From an uncultured delta proteobacterium (GTDB taxonomy: Bacteria > Desulfobacterota > Desulfobacteria > Desulfobacterales > JAFDCJ01), in assembly GCA_963769935.1 (NCBI GenBank), contig CAVYNY010000013.1, positions 1 to 64,000 on the forward strand: a stretch of 64,000 bases of DNA, in the 5' to 3' direction. Positions 10,748 through 20,468 of this stretch are shown here, piece after piece. The notes below the pieces were generated by a model. That model made no database searches. It was not told where the DNA came from and was given only the letters and a program-made list of their open reading frames with translations. The first letter of the stretch is position 1, and each line of letters begins with the position of its first letter. The position numbers were made by a program, and so were the translations under genes.

Positions 10748-13189
10748 CTATTTCGCAGGTTTCTTCTTCGCCAGCGCTTCCTCCTCGGCCTGAATGAGCG
10801 CTAACGCCGCCGCCGCACCCGCCTGACGCTGAACATCGCTGTCTGCCGGCCCATTGTTTTGCTGGTTTTCAGCCGCTGCCGGCGCGGTGGCCTTGCTGCC
10901 GGACTCCGGCGGCATGTAGACGGTCACATTGCGATGCGCAAACTCGATGCCTTCTTGCTTGAATGCTTCCTGCATCAGCCGGTAGACTTCTCTGCGGATG
11001 GCAAACTGGTCGCCGGGCTTGGTTTTGTATTTGACCCGCATGCTCATGGCCGAGTCGCCCATCTCCCGTACCCCCTGGGACTTGATCGGTTCCAGCAGTT
11101 TGGGTCCCAGCTCGGGATCCGCCGCGATAACATTGTGGACTTTCTTCTTGATGATTTTGCGTATTTTTTCAAGATCGGCATCGTAGCGCACCCGGAAGTC
11201 GAGTTTCATGATGACATAGTCGCGGCTGAGGTTGGTCACCAGCTTGATGTCGCCGAAGGGAATGAAATAGACCTGGCCGCGCGGGTTGCGCAGCCTGAGG
11301 GAGCGCAGGGAGATGTGCTCGACCGTGCCCTTGGTGCCGGAACACTCCAGATAGTCTCCGACTCTAAAGGCGTCGTCCATGAGAAAGAATACCCCCGAGA
11401 TAATGTCCTTGACCAGGGTCTGGGCACCGAAGCCGATCGCCAGGCCGAAGACACCGGCGCCGGCGATCAGCGGGCCGATGTTCACCCCCAGCGCCGATAA
11501 AATGATCAGGACGGCCATGACGAGGATGACCACCAGCATGAATTTGCGCAGCAGCAAAAGCAGGGTGGCGATACGCGAGCCGCCGGCGCCGCCGCCCTCA
11601 TCCTTTTCATCATCTTCCGCCCCCTCCGGCAGTTCCTGCCGCATCCGGCGCTGGATGGCGGCGTTGATAATGCCCCAGGCGACGTAGCAGATCAGCACGA
11701 CGACCAGGATCTTGAGAACGCTGCTGACCACCGTCTGGCCGATCGGAAGAGAAATGCCCCAGATTTTCATGATCCAGATAAACAGCAGCGCCGCCAAGGC
11801 AATGCGCAGAGCGGCTCGCAGCGGTCCTTTCATGCGGTCAAGATCGAGGCGCCGGGCATGGGCCGGCGCCGCTTCTGGGGGTTGGCCGGTGGCGGCCGGG
11901 GCCGCCTCAGATTCATCCGCATCTTCGGACACAGCCGGCGCAGTTTCGGCCGGCACCGGTCGGGCCGTGTTGTCCTGCACGATGCCGAAGGCCGCCTCCA
12001 GGATCGAGCGCAGGATCCAATCCATCAGAAAATAAAGCGGCACCATTAAAAGCGTCAGGGTCGCTCTACCCGACTCCAAGTCCAGAATCCGGTTGATAAG
12101 CGAGACAACAAGCAGCAATATCACTGCGGCGACGGCGAAGAGGTGCCAACTTTGCGCCAGCCGATAGCGCAGGCTGGATTCCGGCAGGCCCCGTCTGAAT
12201 GCGGCCGTCGCGGCCTTGCGCTTTTGCAGAATCATCCAAATGAGCATGGCGGCAACGATGAGACCAATCAGCATGTTCGCTTTGAGGACTTGCAGTTCAC
12301 TGGCGCCCGCCAGACCCATGACACCTTGGGTCAGGGACCCGAAGCAGATAACCGCGGTCAGGACAATCAGCCAGCGGTGCAAGTAAAGTGCGGCATCATC
12401 GCTGAACGGCAAAAACCTTAAAGCTGCATGCCGCGGGACCAGTAAAAAACGCGAAACCAGCATGACGACCTGCACGATGGCGAATGCCGCCAAATAGGTC
12501 GCCAGAAGAACACGCTGCCCGGCGGTGCGATCCAGGAAAAGGTAAAAAAAGACCAGGGCCGCTATGATGAAGATGATGATGGCCGCAAAATCCAGCAGGG
12601 CGCGCATGGTCAGGCTCCCGATTTTGGCGCTCCACTTGTCCGGCACGGTTGATTCGATCCGGCGGCGCGCAGCCACCGTGTACAAGACAAAGAGCCACTC
12701 GATCAGCAGACCGGCGGCCAATATGGCGGCAACGCTTAAAATGACCGCGGTCACGGTTTTGTTGCCGCGTTCTCCATGGCCCAGAAACGCATAGATCCCG
12801 GCTGCCTGCCCGGGCGCAGCCCCGCCGCCGGAGCGCATGTAATCGATGCGGGTTTGCAGCAAAGTTGTCAGATTTTTGATCTTATCGATGAAACCGGCGA
12901 TCCCCGTGGGTTTGGACTTGCCGTCCTCCGCCTGGGCCTCCCGCTGGGCTTGCGCCTTCAGCTCATCGATCAACAGACGCCGCACCTGTTCGTCACTGAG
13001 GCCGGCCATGAGATGGTCGATGCTTTCTGCATCCAGCTGTTTCGGCAGCGAGAGGGTTTCTTCAGCTTTTACTGCCGTGTGCTTTTTGCCGGATTTAATC
13101 TTAATGGAGCTCTGCGACCAGGCCGTCGCGCTCAAAAGCAAAAAAGCAAGCCCTATCCCAATAAAGACTTTTAAAGAGTGCGCTCGCAT
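10748..13189 (-). CDS. Large MscS-family mechanosensitive channel
   Basis: Signal peptide, many TM helices and the MscS core IAGAGVFGLAIGFGAQTLVKDIISG..DAFRVGD..GTVEHI. Confidence 0.9.
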   Translation of the reverse strand: MRAHSLKVFIGIGLAFLLLSATAWSQSSIKIKSGKKHTAVKAEETLSLPKQLDAESIDHLMAGLSDEQVRRLLIDELKAQAQREAQAEDGKSKPTGIAGFIDKIKNLTTLLQTRIDYMRSGGGAAPGQAAGIYAFLGHGERGNKTVTAVILSVAAILAAGLLIEWLFVLYTVAARRRIESTVPDKWSAKIGSLTMRALLDFAAIIIFIIAALVFFYLFLDRTAGQRVLLATYLAAFAIVQVVMLVSRFLLVPRHAALRFLPFSDDAALYLHRWLIVLTAVICFGSLTQGVMGLAGASELQVLKANMLIGLIVAAMLIWMILQKRKAATAAFRRGLPESSLRYRLAQSWHLFAVAAVILLLVVSLINRILDLESGRATLTLLMVPLYFLMDWILRSILEAAFGIVQDNTARPVPAETAPAVSEDADESEAAPAATGQPPEAAPAHARRLDLDRMKGPLRAALRIALAALLFIWIMKIWGISLPIGQTVVSSVLKILVVVLICYVAWGIINAAIQRRMRQELPEGAEDDEKDEGGGAGGSRIATLLLLLRKFMLVVILVMAVLIILSALGVNIGPLIAGAGVFGLAIGFGAQTLVKDIISGVFFLMDDAFRVGDYLECSGTKGTVEHISLRSLRLRNPRGQVYFIPFGDIKLVTNLSRDYVIMKLDFRVRYDADLEKIRKIIKKKVHNVIAADPELGPKLLEPIKSQGVREMGDSAMSMRVKYKTKPGDQFAIRREVYRLMQEAFKQEGIEFAHRNVTVYMPPESGSKATAPAAAENQQNNGPADSDVQRQAGAAAALALIQAEEEALAKKKPAK

Positions 13190-13225
13190 GTTGGGTTTTC
13201 CTTTCTGTGTTTTTCAAACGCAGAA

Positions 13226-13981
13226 TCAGTAGCTGACAACCAGTGAGGTGGCCAGCACGGTGTCGGTCTTATCCAGATCACTGGGATGGGGGTCGTTGTT
13301 GTAAAATACCGAATATGAAATTTTCAGAGCCAAAACGTCCGTAATATCCGAAATCAGGGCCGTCTCGGAATTCAGTTTCCATGTACCGCTGGATTTGAAA
13401 CTCTGCAAATACTCCAACCCCTGTGAAAATTTGGTTTTTTCCGTAAACGCCCATTCGTATTTGCCGAAAAGACGACCTTCCAGATACTGTTCATTGTCTT
13501 GATCCGGATCCGAGTAGTCTTCATAGGCATAGTTCAAACCGGTCTCACCCAGCAGAAAATGCTTGGGGCCGATCAAAAATTTATAGCCGAAACCGGGACC
13601 GATCCCGATCCGATTTTCAAATCCGGCAAATTTATCCCGCAGCCAGGTGCCCAGTCCATAGGCATACCAGCGATCGGTAACGGCATAGTCGGCCCGCAGG
13701 TCGGTATAATATCTTTCGGCGGTCTTATCGCCATCGCTTTTGTTATAGAGGCCGCCGGCCACCCAGGAACCGGTCCACTTGTCGGTGAACTTGTACTTCA
13801 TTTCATTTTTACCGGCCACCGCCAGAGTATCCGAGTTGCCGGTGGTGTTTACCAGGGCAAAACTGGTTTCATTGCTGAAGCGTTTCTCCTCTTTCGGTTT
13901 TGTCTCCTCGGCCGCCTGACTCATTAGAACAGCAGCTGTCATGAATATGAAAATAATTGAGAGTTGTACGATCTTCCTCAT
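13226..13981 (-). CDS. DUF481 (YdiY-like) outer-membrane beta-barrel
   Basis: Signal peptide, NTTGNSDT, TAERY, RDKFAG and a terminal aromatic residue. RBS GGAG. Confidence 0.8.
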   Translation of the reverse strand: MRKIVQLSIIFIFMTAAVLMSQAAEETKPKEEKRFSNETSFALVNTTGNSDTLAVAGKNEMKYKFTDKWTGSWVAGGLYNKSDGDKTAERYYTDLRADYAVTDRWYAYGLGTWLRDKFAGFENRIGIGPGFGYKFLIGPKHFLLGETGLNYAYEDYSDPDQDNEQYLEGRLFGKYEWAFTEKTKFSQGLEYLQSFKSSGTWKLNSETALISDITDVLALKISYSVFYNNDPHPSDLDKTDTVLATSLVVSY

Positions 13982-13997
13982 TTTTTCTCCTATTTTC

Positions 13998-14300
13998 AAT
14001 TCTAATGATATAGGTTCCCTACAAATTCGTCGAAGACATGATTGTGGGCAGATGTTCATTCATGTCGCCGAGGTGGTTCTCGCCGAACTGTCCCGCAGCC
14101 TATCCCTGTTTTTTTAGGAGGGCCGCGACGGTTGGGTCCTGCTCTGTGATTCATAGCTCGGTGCCGGGAAGTCCGACTTTGGAAAGCCCGGTGCGAACCA
14201 CGCTCTGTCCTGTTATAAAGGAAGCACAGCCGGCGGTGCAGGACTGCCCGCCGCAGTAGTCGGTAAACAGCATGCTTTCGTCGGCCTGGCGTATATTCAA
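13998..14300 (-). pseudogene. Arylsulfatase N-terminal remnant
   Basis: MLFTDYCGGQSCTAGCASFITGQSVVRTGLSKVGLPGTEL*...LLKKQG*AAGQFGENHLGDMNEHLPT, then a frameshift to NHVFDEFVGNLYH*. Confidence 0.8.
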
Positions 14301-14456
14301 CTTGTATGATATGGGCCTTTAGGTAAGTTAACTAATAAGTATTCGTTTCTGGGAGTGAAATATGCAGAATTATTTTACGGTCTACCGCTGTAAACTCAAA
14401 AACAATGTCTGCAGGTCCCCAAAAAGACGAAAAAACTGATCGTTCAATAATCGAAA

Positions 14457-15860
14457 TCAGTTGTGATTGTCAAGGGAGTTATTCATCACAGATAGGGAAT
14501 CAACCTTTTTTACATAACCCTGAATATCGCATTTGCGCTCCAGGCCGGAAGCGGCCATGTACCGGATTTTGCCGAATATCGGCCGCTCGAACCAGGCTCG
14601 GTCGTGCAGGCCGAAGACCCAGGCCACACCGGTATAAGAGTTGGCGTCCCGGCCGTCCAGAAAATATTTGTTGTTGATGGCCAGCGTTGTTCGGAAAGCG
14701 TGTTCGGGAGTATTGGACCATTCTAAAATTTTCTTGCCCCAGTACATGCGCATGTAGTTATGCATAAAACCGGTGGATTTCATCTCCCGCATGGCCGCAT
14801 TCCAGTAATCGTCGTGGGTCCGGGCGTTTTCCAGCTGCCGCCGGGTGTAGACATAATCGCGCGGATCGTTGGCGTGCTCGGCCAGGGTCCGGCGGGCCCA
14901 GTCCGGCAAACACTCGTAAGAATCGTAGCCCGGGGTATAGTTGGCAAAATTCATGGCCAGCTCACGCCGCACGATCATTTCTTCCAGAAAAGACTCTTTA
15001 GCGTCTTGCAGACGGCTGTCGGCCTGCTTAATCTGGAGGGCCAGGTAAAGCGGCGAAATTTGGCCGAAATGCAGATAGGGGCTCATGCGGGAAATATCGT
15101 TGGTCTGGGGCTGATTGCGGTTGTCGACATAGCGTGCCAGGCGCTGGTGCAGAAAACTTTTAAATTTCTGCCTAGCCAGCGAAGTACCACCAGTGAAAAA
15201 ATCGGTCACCGCGGGCACACTGCGATCGATCTTGAGCGTCTGCAAAACAGCGTTGATATTCGCCAGGTCAATGCCCTGAACGTTCAGCGTGAGCGAAGAG
15301 CGCTTAATCGCGGCGGGTTTGAATTCATTCAGGAAATCAGCGAGGTGTTTCTGAATTTTGGGGCGAATGGTGCGGGCGGCGTACTCGGCTTTATTGGAAA
15401 CCACCCCCAAGGGAACAATCACATCGCTTTCCACCTGTACGATCCGGCAAACAGCCTGCCGGGCCACCTGGTCACGCCAGGCTTTCTGATGCCGCAGATA
15501 ACCGCAGTCACATACGATCAGGGAGGCGTGGCGTCCTAAATATAGAGCGACCTCGGCCGGCGGGCCTTGTTGAACGACCATTTTGATGCCGCGCCGGGCA
15601 AGAGTGTTTTGGGTTTCCTGCAACCCCTCCAGCATGAACGTATAATGGCGCAGGTTCGCCTCCGGATAGTCATCCATCAGGCCGAAGGCGACGAGAACCC
15701 CCTGCCCCAGCCGGTTGGCCTGGAGGATGGCATACTCCAGCGCATGATTATAATCAGCCCGTTGGGACTGCTGCATCCAGTAGAGAACGTACTTGCCTTT
15801 GGTAACAGCCGTATCATTGAGGATCTGGATGCGGGATTTTTGGATCGTCTGATAGTCCAT
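14457..15860 (-). CDS. phr: Class II CPD DNA photolyase
   Basis: VLYWMQQSQR..NHAL, SRMSPYLHFGQIS, GFMHNYMRMYWGKKILEW and LDGRDAN..HDRAW.ERPIFGKIRYM. Confidence 0.93.
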   Translation of the reverse strand: MDYQTIQKSRIQILNDTAVTKGKYVLYWMQQSQRADYNHALEYAILQANRLGQGVLVAFGLMDDYPEANLRHYTFMLEGLQETQNTLARRGIKMVVQQGPPAEVALYLGRHASLIVCDCGYLRHQKAWRDQVARQAVCRIVQVESDVIVPLGVVSNKAEYAARTIRPKIQKHLADFLNEFKPAAIKRSSLTLNVQGIDLANINAVLQTLKIDRSVPAVTDFFTGGTSLARQKFKSFLHQRLARYVDNRNQPQTNDISRMSPYLHFGQISPLYLALQIKQADSRLQDAKESFLEEMIVRRELAMNFANYTPGYDSYECLPDWARRTLAEHANDPRDYVYTRRQLENARTHDDYWNAAMREMKSTGFMHNYMRMYWGKKILEWSNTPEHAFRTTLAINNKYFLDGRDANSYTGVAWVFGLHDRAWFERPIFGKIRYMAASGLERKCDIQGYVKKVDSLSVMNNSLDNHN

Positions 15861-15941
15861 TAATTACTCCGCCCGGATAAAAAGTATATTCAAGTTTTTG
15901 TATGGTCCTGGGAAAACTGAAGCAACCTGTTTGATCGAAGC

Positions 15942-16104
15942 CTAGGGTTCACGAAAAAATTAATTCACAGTTTTAGGTGTTGAGGCGCTCTTGCGGCAAG
16001 GCGCGAAGACGCAGGTATATCTGGATATTCCGAGCTTTCGCAACGCAGCCGCAAGAGATGCAGCGGCGTATAAAATGTGAAGTTATTTTTGAGTGAGCCC
16101 TTAG
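15942..16104. mobile_element. MITE-like element with ~33-bp imperfect terminal inverted repeats
   Basis: Left end CTAGGGTTCACGAAAAAATTAATTCACAGTTTTA vs reverse-complemented right end CTAAGGGCTCACTCAAAAATAACTTCACATTTTA. Internal hairpin TCTTGCGGC...GCCGCAAGA. One end recurs at 50639. Confidence 0.7.
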
Positions 16105-16240
16105 ACGGACTAATTACTTTATGCTGCGCATTTTTTTCTTTTTTTGTTTCAAATTAGCCACATGAAAGTAAAGAGACATCGCCGGTATTAATAATCTTAA
16201 GCCACCCGGCGCAACAAAAACTGCTCCGCCAGGACCGAAA

Positions 16241-17773
16241 CTATCCCTCCGGCAGACGACACGATGTATGCAGTTTGGGTGTAAATCGTTGGGGCCCGGC
16301 CACGATCGGCTTGCCGATGGATCGCGCAATGGATTTAAGCATGCCGTAAAAAATCCACTCATGGAAAGGGTACAAGACATACCAGTAAAGTATCCCGCCC
16401 AGCCCCCTGGGTAAAAAACTGGAAAACATTTGCAGCTCGGCTTGCTGGTCTCCCAGGGGCGCAATTTGAAATTCCAGCATGGCTTCGCCGGGTGTTTTCA
16501 TCTCCGCCAGCAGCAGCAATCGCCGGGGCGGCTCCACTTCCAGCACCCGCCAAAAATCGAGGGCATCGCCCACCATCAGATCGGTCGGATGACGGCGTCC
16601 TCTGCGCAGCCCCACCCCTCCAACAAAACGATCCATGATGCCGCGCAGCCGCCAGAGGATATCCAGGTGATACCAGCCGGTCTTGCCCCCGATTTTGCTG
16701 ACCGGACGCCATAGATCTTCGACTTGAGCCATTATTTGCGCCCGATAGCCGCAATGCATGATCGTGCCGCCGGCCCACTCGGCATCGCCGCAATGCGCCC
16801 ATTCAGGCGCAATCAGTTCGCCGGCGTCCATCCAGCAGGTGTCCACCTGTTTTTGTTTGATACGATCGAGGGCCAGCCGAATCGCCTCTCGACAGCTGAG
16901 CAGTTGGCGGGGTATGATGCTCTGGATACGCTTGTCGGTGCAAACTGCAGCGCTGGTTAGACCTTCGGTCAGCGGCAGCGCAATCGAGGTCGGCACCGGA
17001 CTAATGAAGCGTATCCAGTAAGCGCTCAGGGTCGGCGTGAGCACCGGCACGGGAATAATAATCCGTTTTCTAAGACCGGCTTCCTCGGTATAGATATCCA
17101 GCAGGTCACGATAGGTGACTACCTCCGGTCCGCCGATATCAAAGGTGTTGCCAACGGTTTCCTCGTGTTCGAGGCAGCCCACCAGATAGGCGACCACATC
17201 ACGGATGGCAATGGGTTGGTTCAAGGACTGAACCCATCGAGGCGTAATCATAACCGGCAATCGTTCGACCAGGTAACGTAAAATTTCAAAAGAAGCGCTG
17301 CCGGATCCCAAAATCATCGGCGCCCGCAGATCGGTGGTCGGTACCGGTCCGGATTGAAGAATATTGGCCACTTCGATGCGGGATTGCAGATGTTTGCTCA
17401 AGGCGGCCTCTCCGGCTTCTGCAAGTCCGCCCAGATAAATGATCCTTTCCAATCCGGCAGCGGTTGCCGCTGCGACCATGTTATGAGCCGCACGGCGATC
17501 CGCCTCAACGAATTTATCTTTCCGGGCGATCATGGAATGCACCAGGTAATAAGCCGTTCGGCATCCGGCGGCTGCCTTTTTTAGAGATTCGAGATCCAAA
17601 ACGTCGCCTTGTACCCGCTCAACTTGTCTGTGCCCGGCCCAGGGGCGGCAAGCCATTTTTCCCAGACTTCGTCCCATGGCCCGCACCCGATAGCCGGCAT
17701 CGAGCAAGGCCGGAATCAGGCGCCCGCCGACATAGCCGGTGGCACCCGTTACCAGGATAGGATCCGATTTCAT
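16241..17773 (-). CDS. Atypical SDR with C-terminal DUF2867 (YbjT-like)
   Basis: VTGATGYVGGRL, YYLVHSM, GSGSASFE, GG.GLRRGRR, GDALDFWRV and LLAEMKTPG. Confidence 0.88.
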   Translation of the reverse strand: MKSDPILVTGATGYVGGRLIPALLDAGYRVRAMGRSLGKMACRPWAGHRQVERVQGDVLDLESLKKAAAGCRTAYYLVHSMIARKDKFVEADRRAAHNMVAAATAAGLERIIYLGGLAEAGEAALSKHLQSRIEVANILQSGPVPTTDLRAPMILGSGSASFEILRYLVERLPVMITPRWVQSLNQPIAIRDVVAYLVGCLEHEETVGNTFDIGGPEVVTYRDLLDIYTEEAGLRKRIIIPVPVLTPTLSAYWIRFISPVPTSIALPLTEGLTSAAVCTDKRIQSIIPRQLLSCREAIRLALDRIKQKQVDTCWMDAGELIAPEWAHCGDAEWAGGTIMHCGYRAQIMAQVEDLWRPVSKIGGKTGWYHLDILWRLRGIMDRFVGGVGLRRGRRHPTDLMVGDALDFWRVLEVEPPRRLLLLAEMKTPGEAMLEFQIAPLGDQQAELQMFSSFLPRGLGGILYWYVLYPFHEWIFYGMLKSIARSIGKPIVAGPQRFTPKLHTSCRLPEG

Positions 17774-17874
17774 GGGCAGAGGTTTCCAATTCTTGATTCA
17801 ACGCAAGCTGAGGAATCTCTTCTTGGCCTGAGCAACCAGTTGGGATGTATACCCGTTGTTAATTGGCAAGGCAA

Positions 17875-18249
17875 TTACTTTCCTTCGCCTACCAACGGCA
17901 GCTCTTTGTCCAGCTTGAAGAAAACTAAATACCTTCCATCCCCATTTCCGTTTGTTGACTTTCGCCGTCGCAGGGATTCCAGCAGCTCGGAATTTTGCTC
18001 CTCTCTTACCTTTGTCATATAAAGCCTTATCCCCTTGTAGCCGGGGCCTTCTTCTTTAAAAAGATAGGTTGCATGGGGATTGGTCTGCAAATTGTGATGG
18101 GTGAGACGGTCGCGCATAATAAGGGCTATGGTGCCATCTTCCATAAAATGGGGGCGAGCGTAAACGGCCGCATCAATCTTGCCGTCACTGTCTGCCGTAG
18201 ACAAAATTCCTAAACCTTTAGTGTTATCAAAGTATTGATTCAGATTCAT
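17875..18249 (-). CDS. Pyridoxamine 5'-phosphate oxidase-like (split-barrel) protein
   Basis: GILSTADSDG..AVYARPH, MRDRLTHHNLQTNPHA.YLF and RLPLV-type ending. RBS GGAGG. Confidence 0.75.
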   Translation of the reverse strand: MNLNQYFDNTKGLGILSTADSDGKIDAAVYARPHFMEDGTIALIMRDRLTHHNLQTNPHATYLFKEEGPGYKGIRLYMTKVREEQNSELLESLRRRKSTNGNGDGRYLVFFKLDKELPLVGEGK

Positions 18250-18489
18250 GACGACCTCCTTTAACCGGCGTCGTATCCGTCGAAATGAACAAGGCAGAAC
18301 CTGGTGGATCCTGCCTTGCTTCATATTAAACTATATCACTTTCTATATGTAATAGATTTCGCTGCTGTGGTTATCCCGCAACATCGATTCCGGGATCACA
18401 GCCTAGGTGCGGATCTTTGTTTTCACACTCGAAGTTTTTCTCACGGGTGTCGACGTGTCCTTCTTCTCTTTCTTTTTCGGTTTCAATTT

Positions 18490-19440
18490 CTAAACGTGGG
18501 TGCGCAGCTTGAGCTCCACCGGATGCGGATTCAAAAATGTCTGCTGTTTGAGATAGGGTTGATCGTATTTTCGAACGTAATGATTCATTAGAGTTATGGG
18601 AACCACCAGCGGCACAAGGCCTTTGTAATACTGATCATAGACCTCTACGAGCTCCTGTTTTTCGTCGGCGGTCAGCTGTTTTTTAAAATAGCCCATCATA
18701 TGCTGCAAAACATTCATGTTTTTCTTGAGAGTGGTTTTCAAGGTCAGGGCCTCCATCAAGATCTTTTCATATCGAGAAAAAAGTTCTTTGATCGGCAGGC
18801 TTTTGCCTTCGGCGACCAGTTTGCCCATCAGGCCGGCATGCTTCGGACTGTGCGATAATATCAAAAGCTTGTTAGCGGTGTGAAATTCGACCAGGCCTCC
18901 CATGGTTGCCTTCTTTGCCAGGGTCTGACGCCAGCGCCGGAGGGTAAAAATGCGTTCGATAAAATTCTCCCTGATTTCAGGGTTGTGGAGCCGACCGTCA
19001 TCTTCCACCGGGATGCGCGGAAAATGGGCCATGAACTCTCGGGCAAACATGCCGACGCCTTTTTTTTCCGGCATCCCCTTTTCACTGTAAACCTTTACCC
19101 GGATCATGCCGCTGCTGGGCGAATCGCTTTTGAAAATGAAACCGCAAAGATCTTCTTTTTCCAGCTCTTTGACACGCTTGCCGGCCCATTGGAGCATGGG
19201 CTCGGTTTTATCCTCTTTGGTCTTGAACGTGACCAGCCGGGGAGCTTCCGGATCACCCACCAGCCGCATAGATTCCCTGGGAACACCGAAGCCCGCCTCC
19301 ACTTCCGGACAAACCGGCACAAAATCGACAAACTGTCCGAGTGTATACGTCAGATACCGATCCAGCTTGTGCCCTGCATTCCAGCGTACCTCTTCCCCCA
19401 ACAAACAACTGCTGATTCCGAGTTTTAAACGTTCTTCCAT
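18490..19440 (-). CDS. DUF523-DUF1722 fusion (YbgA/RudS-like Fe-S thiouridine desulfidase)
   Basis: GISSCLLGEEVRW, PVCPEVEAGFGVPRE, KSDSPSSG, EDDGRL, FHTANKL and HMMGYFK..YLKQQTFLNPHP. Confidence 0.88.
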   Translation of the reverse strand: MEERLKLGISSCLLGEEVRWNAGHKLDRYLTYTLGQFVDFVPVCPEVEAGFGVPRESMRLVGDPEAPRLVTFKTKEDKTEPMLQWAGKRVKELEKEDLCGFIFKSDSPSSGMIRVKVYSEKGMPEKKGVGMFAREFMAHFPRIPVEDDGRLHNPEIRENFIERIFTLRRWRQTLAKKATMGGLVEFHTANKLLILSHSPKHAGLMGKLVAEGKSLPIKELFSRYEKILMEALTLKTTLKKNMNVLQHMMGYFKKQLTADEKQELVEVYDQYYKGLVPLVVPITLMNHYVRKYDQPYLKQQTFLNPHPVELKLRTHV

Positions 19441-19481
19441 GCAGCACCTCCTGGTTGTATCTATAAGAGCGATATAGTCAA

Positions 19482-19790
19482 TCAAATCTCGCCGGATTTA
19501 AATTCCGCCACGTCGGAGTGCTGTCGAATCACCCGGGCCTTGCCCCGGGCCAGGCCGGGGCCTGCCGGTTGAACAACCAGCTGTCTGGCCTTAATCTCAA
19601 AGGACTGCAGGATGCATCACGTCCTTGTATACCTGCCCGAACAAACGCACACCATGGGCAAACGGGATAAAATCTCATCAGTAGATATTGACCCGCTTGT
19701 GATTGATTTCCCAGCGGCGCCTAACCTCCTGGGCCAGATCTTAATCCGACAAGGCAGCCGGGTCGGTTTCTGCCATCGCTGCGGTCAGAG
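19482..19790 (-). pseudogene. Remnant of a PEP-utilising enzyme (PPDK/PEP synthase-like)
   Basis: Pieces DFIPFAHGVRLFGQVYKD and ARQLVVQPAGPGLARGKARVI..EFKSGEI* (start of the mobile His domain), with stops and internal deletions. Confidence 0.55.
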
Positions 19791-19796
19791 TCCAGG

Positions 19797-20249
19797 TCAT
19801 GGGGTCAGATGAAACTCCAAAACTTTTTGAAAGTTTTTAACCAGATAATAGGATCGAGCTGTCACCCGCACAAGTGCACAGGTCGGTGATTGGGCGAATT
19901 CCTCCAGGTAGGGGTGCTTTGCCAGATAAAGCGACAGGCGTTGCTCCCGCTCGGCTCCCGTAATTTCATCAGCCTCACCGACGGCCGTCACCGCGATGGC
20001 CTGATGAAAATCGGCTGTTTGGTTGGTGCTGCTGTTGATCAGAAGCGCCACCCGCGCATTGGCGGTTAGATTGGCAAATTTGCGGGTAGTTTTCGGTGTA
20101 ACGAAGTAAAGATATTTTAAGTCTTCGCTGGCAGCAAACGCTACCAGGCTTGCATAGGGCTGCTCGTTGTTTTGGGTGGCAAGCACTGCCAGGTTTTGGG
20201 ATCCAAAAAGATCTCTGATCTGTTTTTGAATGTCTGCTGCTTTTTCCAT
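19797..20249 (-). CDS. Pyridoxamine 5'-phosphate oxidase-like protein
   Basis: LAVLAT..QPYASLVAF, F.TPKTTRKFANL..N.RVALL and YLAKHPYL. Confidence 0.8.
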   Translation of the reverse strand: MEKAADIQKQIRDLFGSQNLAVLATQNNEQPYASLVAFAASEDLKYLYFVTPKTTRKFANLTANARVALLINSSTNQTADFHQAIAVTAVGEADEITGAEREQRLSLYLAKHPYLEEFAQSPTCALVRVTARSYYLVKNFQKVLEFHLTP

Positions 20250-20468
20250 GATTCGATCTCTTGCAGGTGCATCCGGCATATGAAATGAAATCCCCATTTA
20301 TATATTAGCAATACCAGATAATTATACTGAATAGCAAAATGAAAAGAATAGCGGGCATACTTTTTGAATAAGCGGCCGGCTTCCGGCAGGAAGCAAATTG
20401 CCGGCATCGGTTCAACGCCGAACCTGGAAAGGGATCCGGATTGCCGTCATCACCCGGTTGGCAACCCC

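Noticed and set aside
10859..13232. Many plus-strand ORFs over mscS, and similar ones over other GC-rich genes
   Set aside because: Antisense shadows caused by high GC3.
14038..14259. 73-aa plus-strand ORF
   Set aside because: Antisense to the arylsulfatase remnant.
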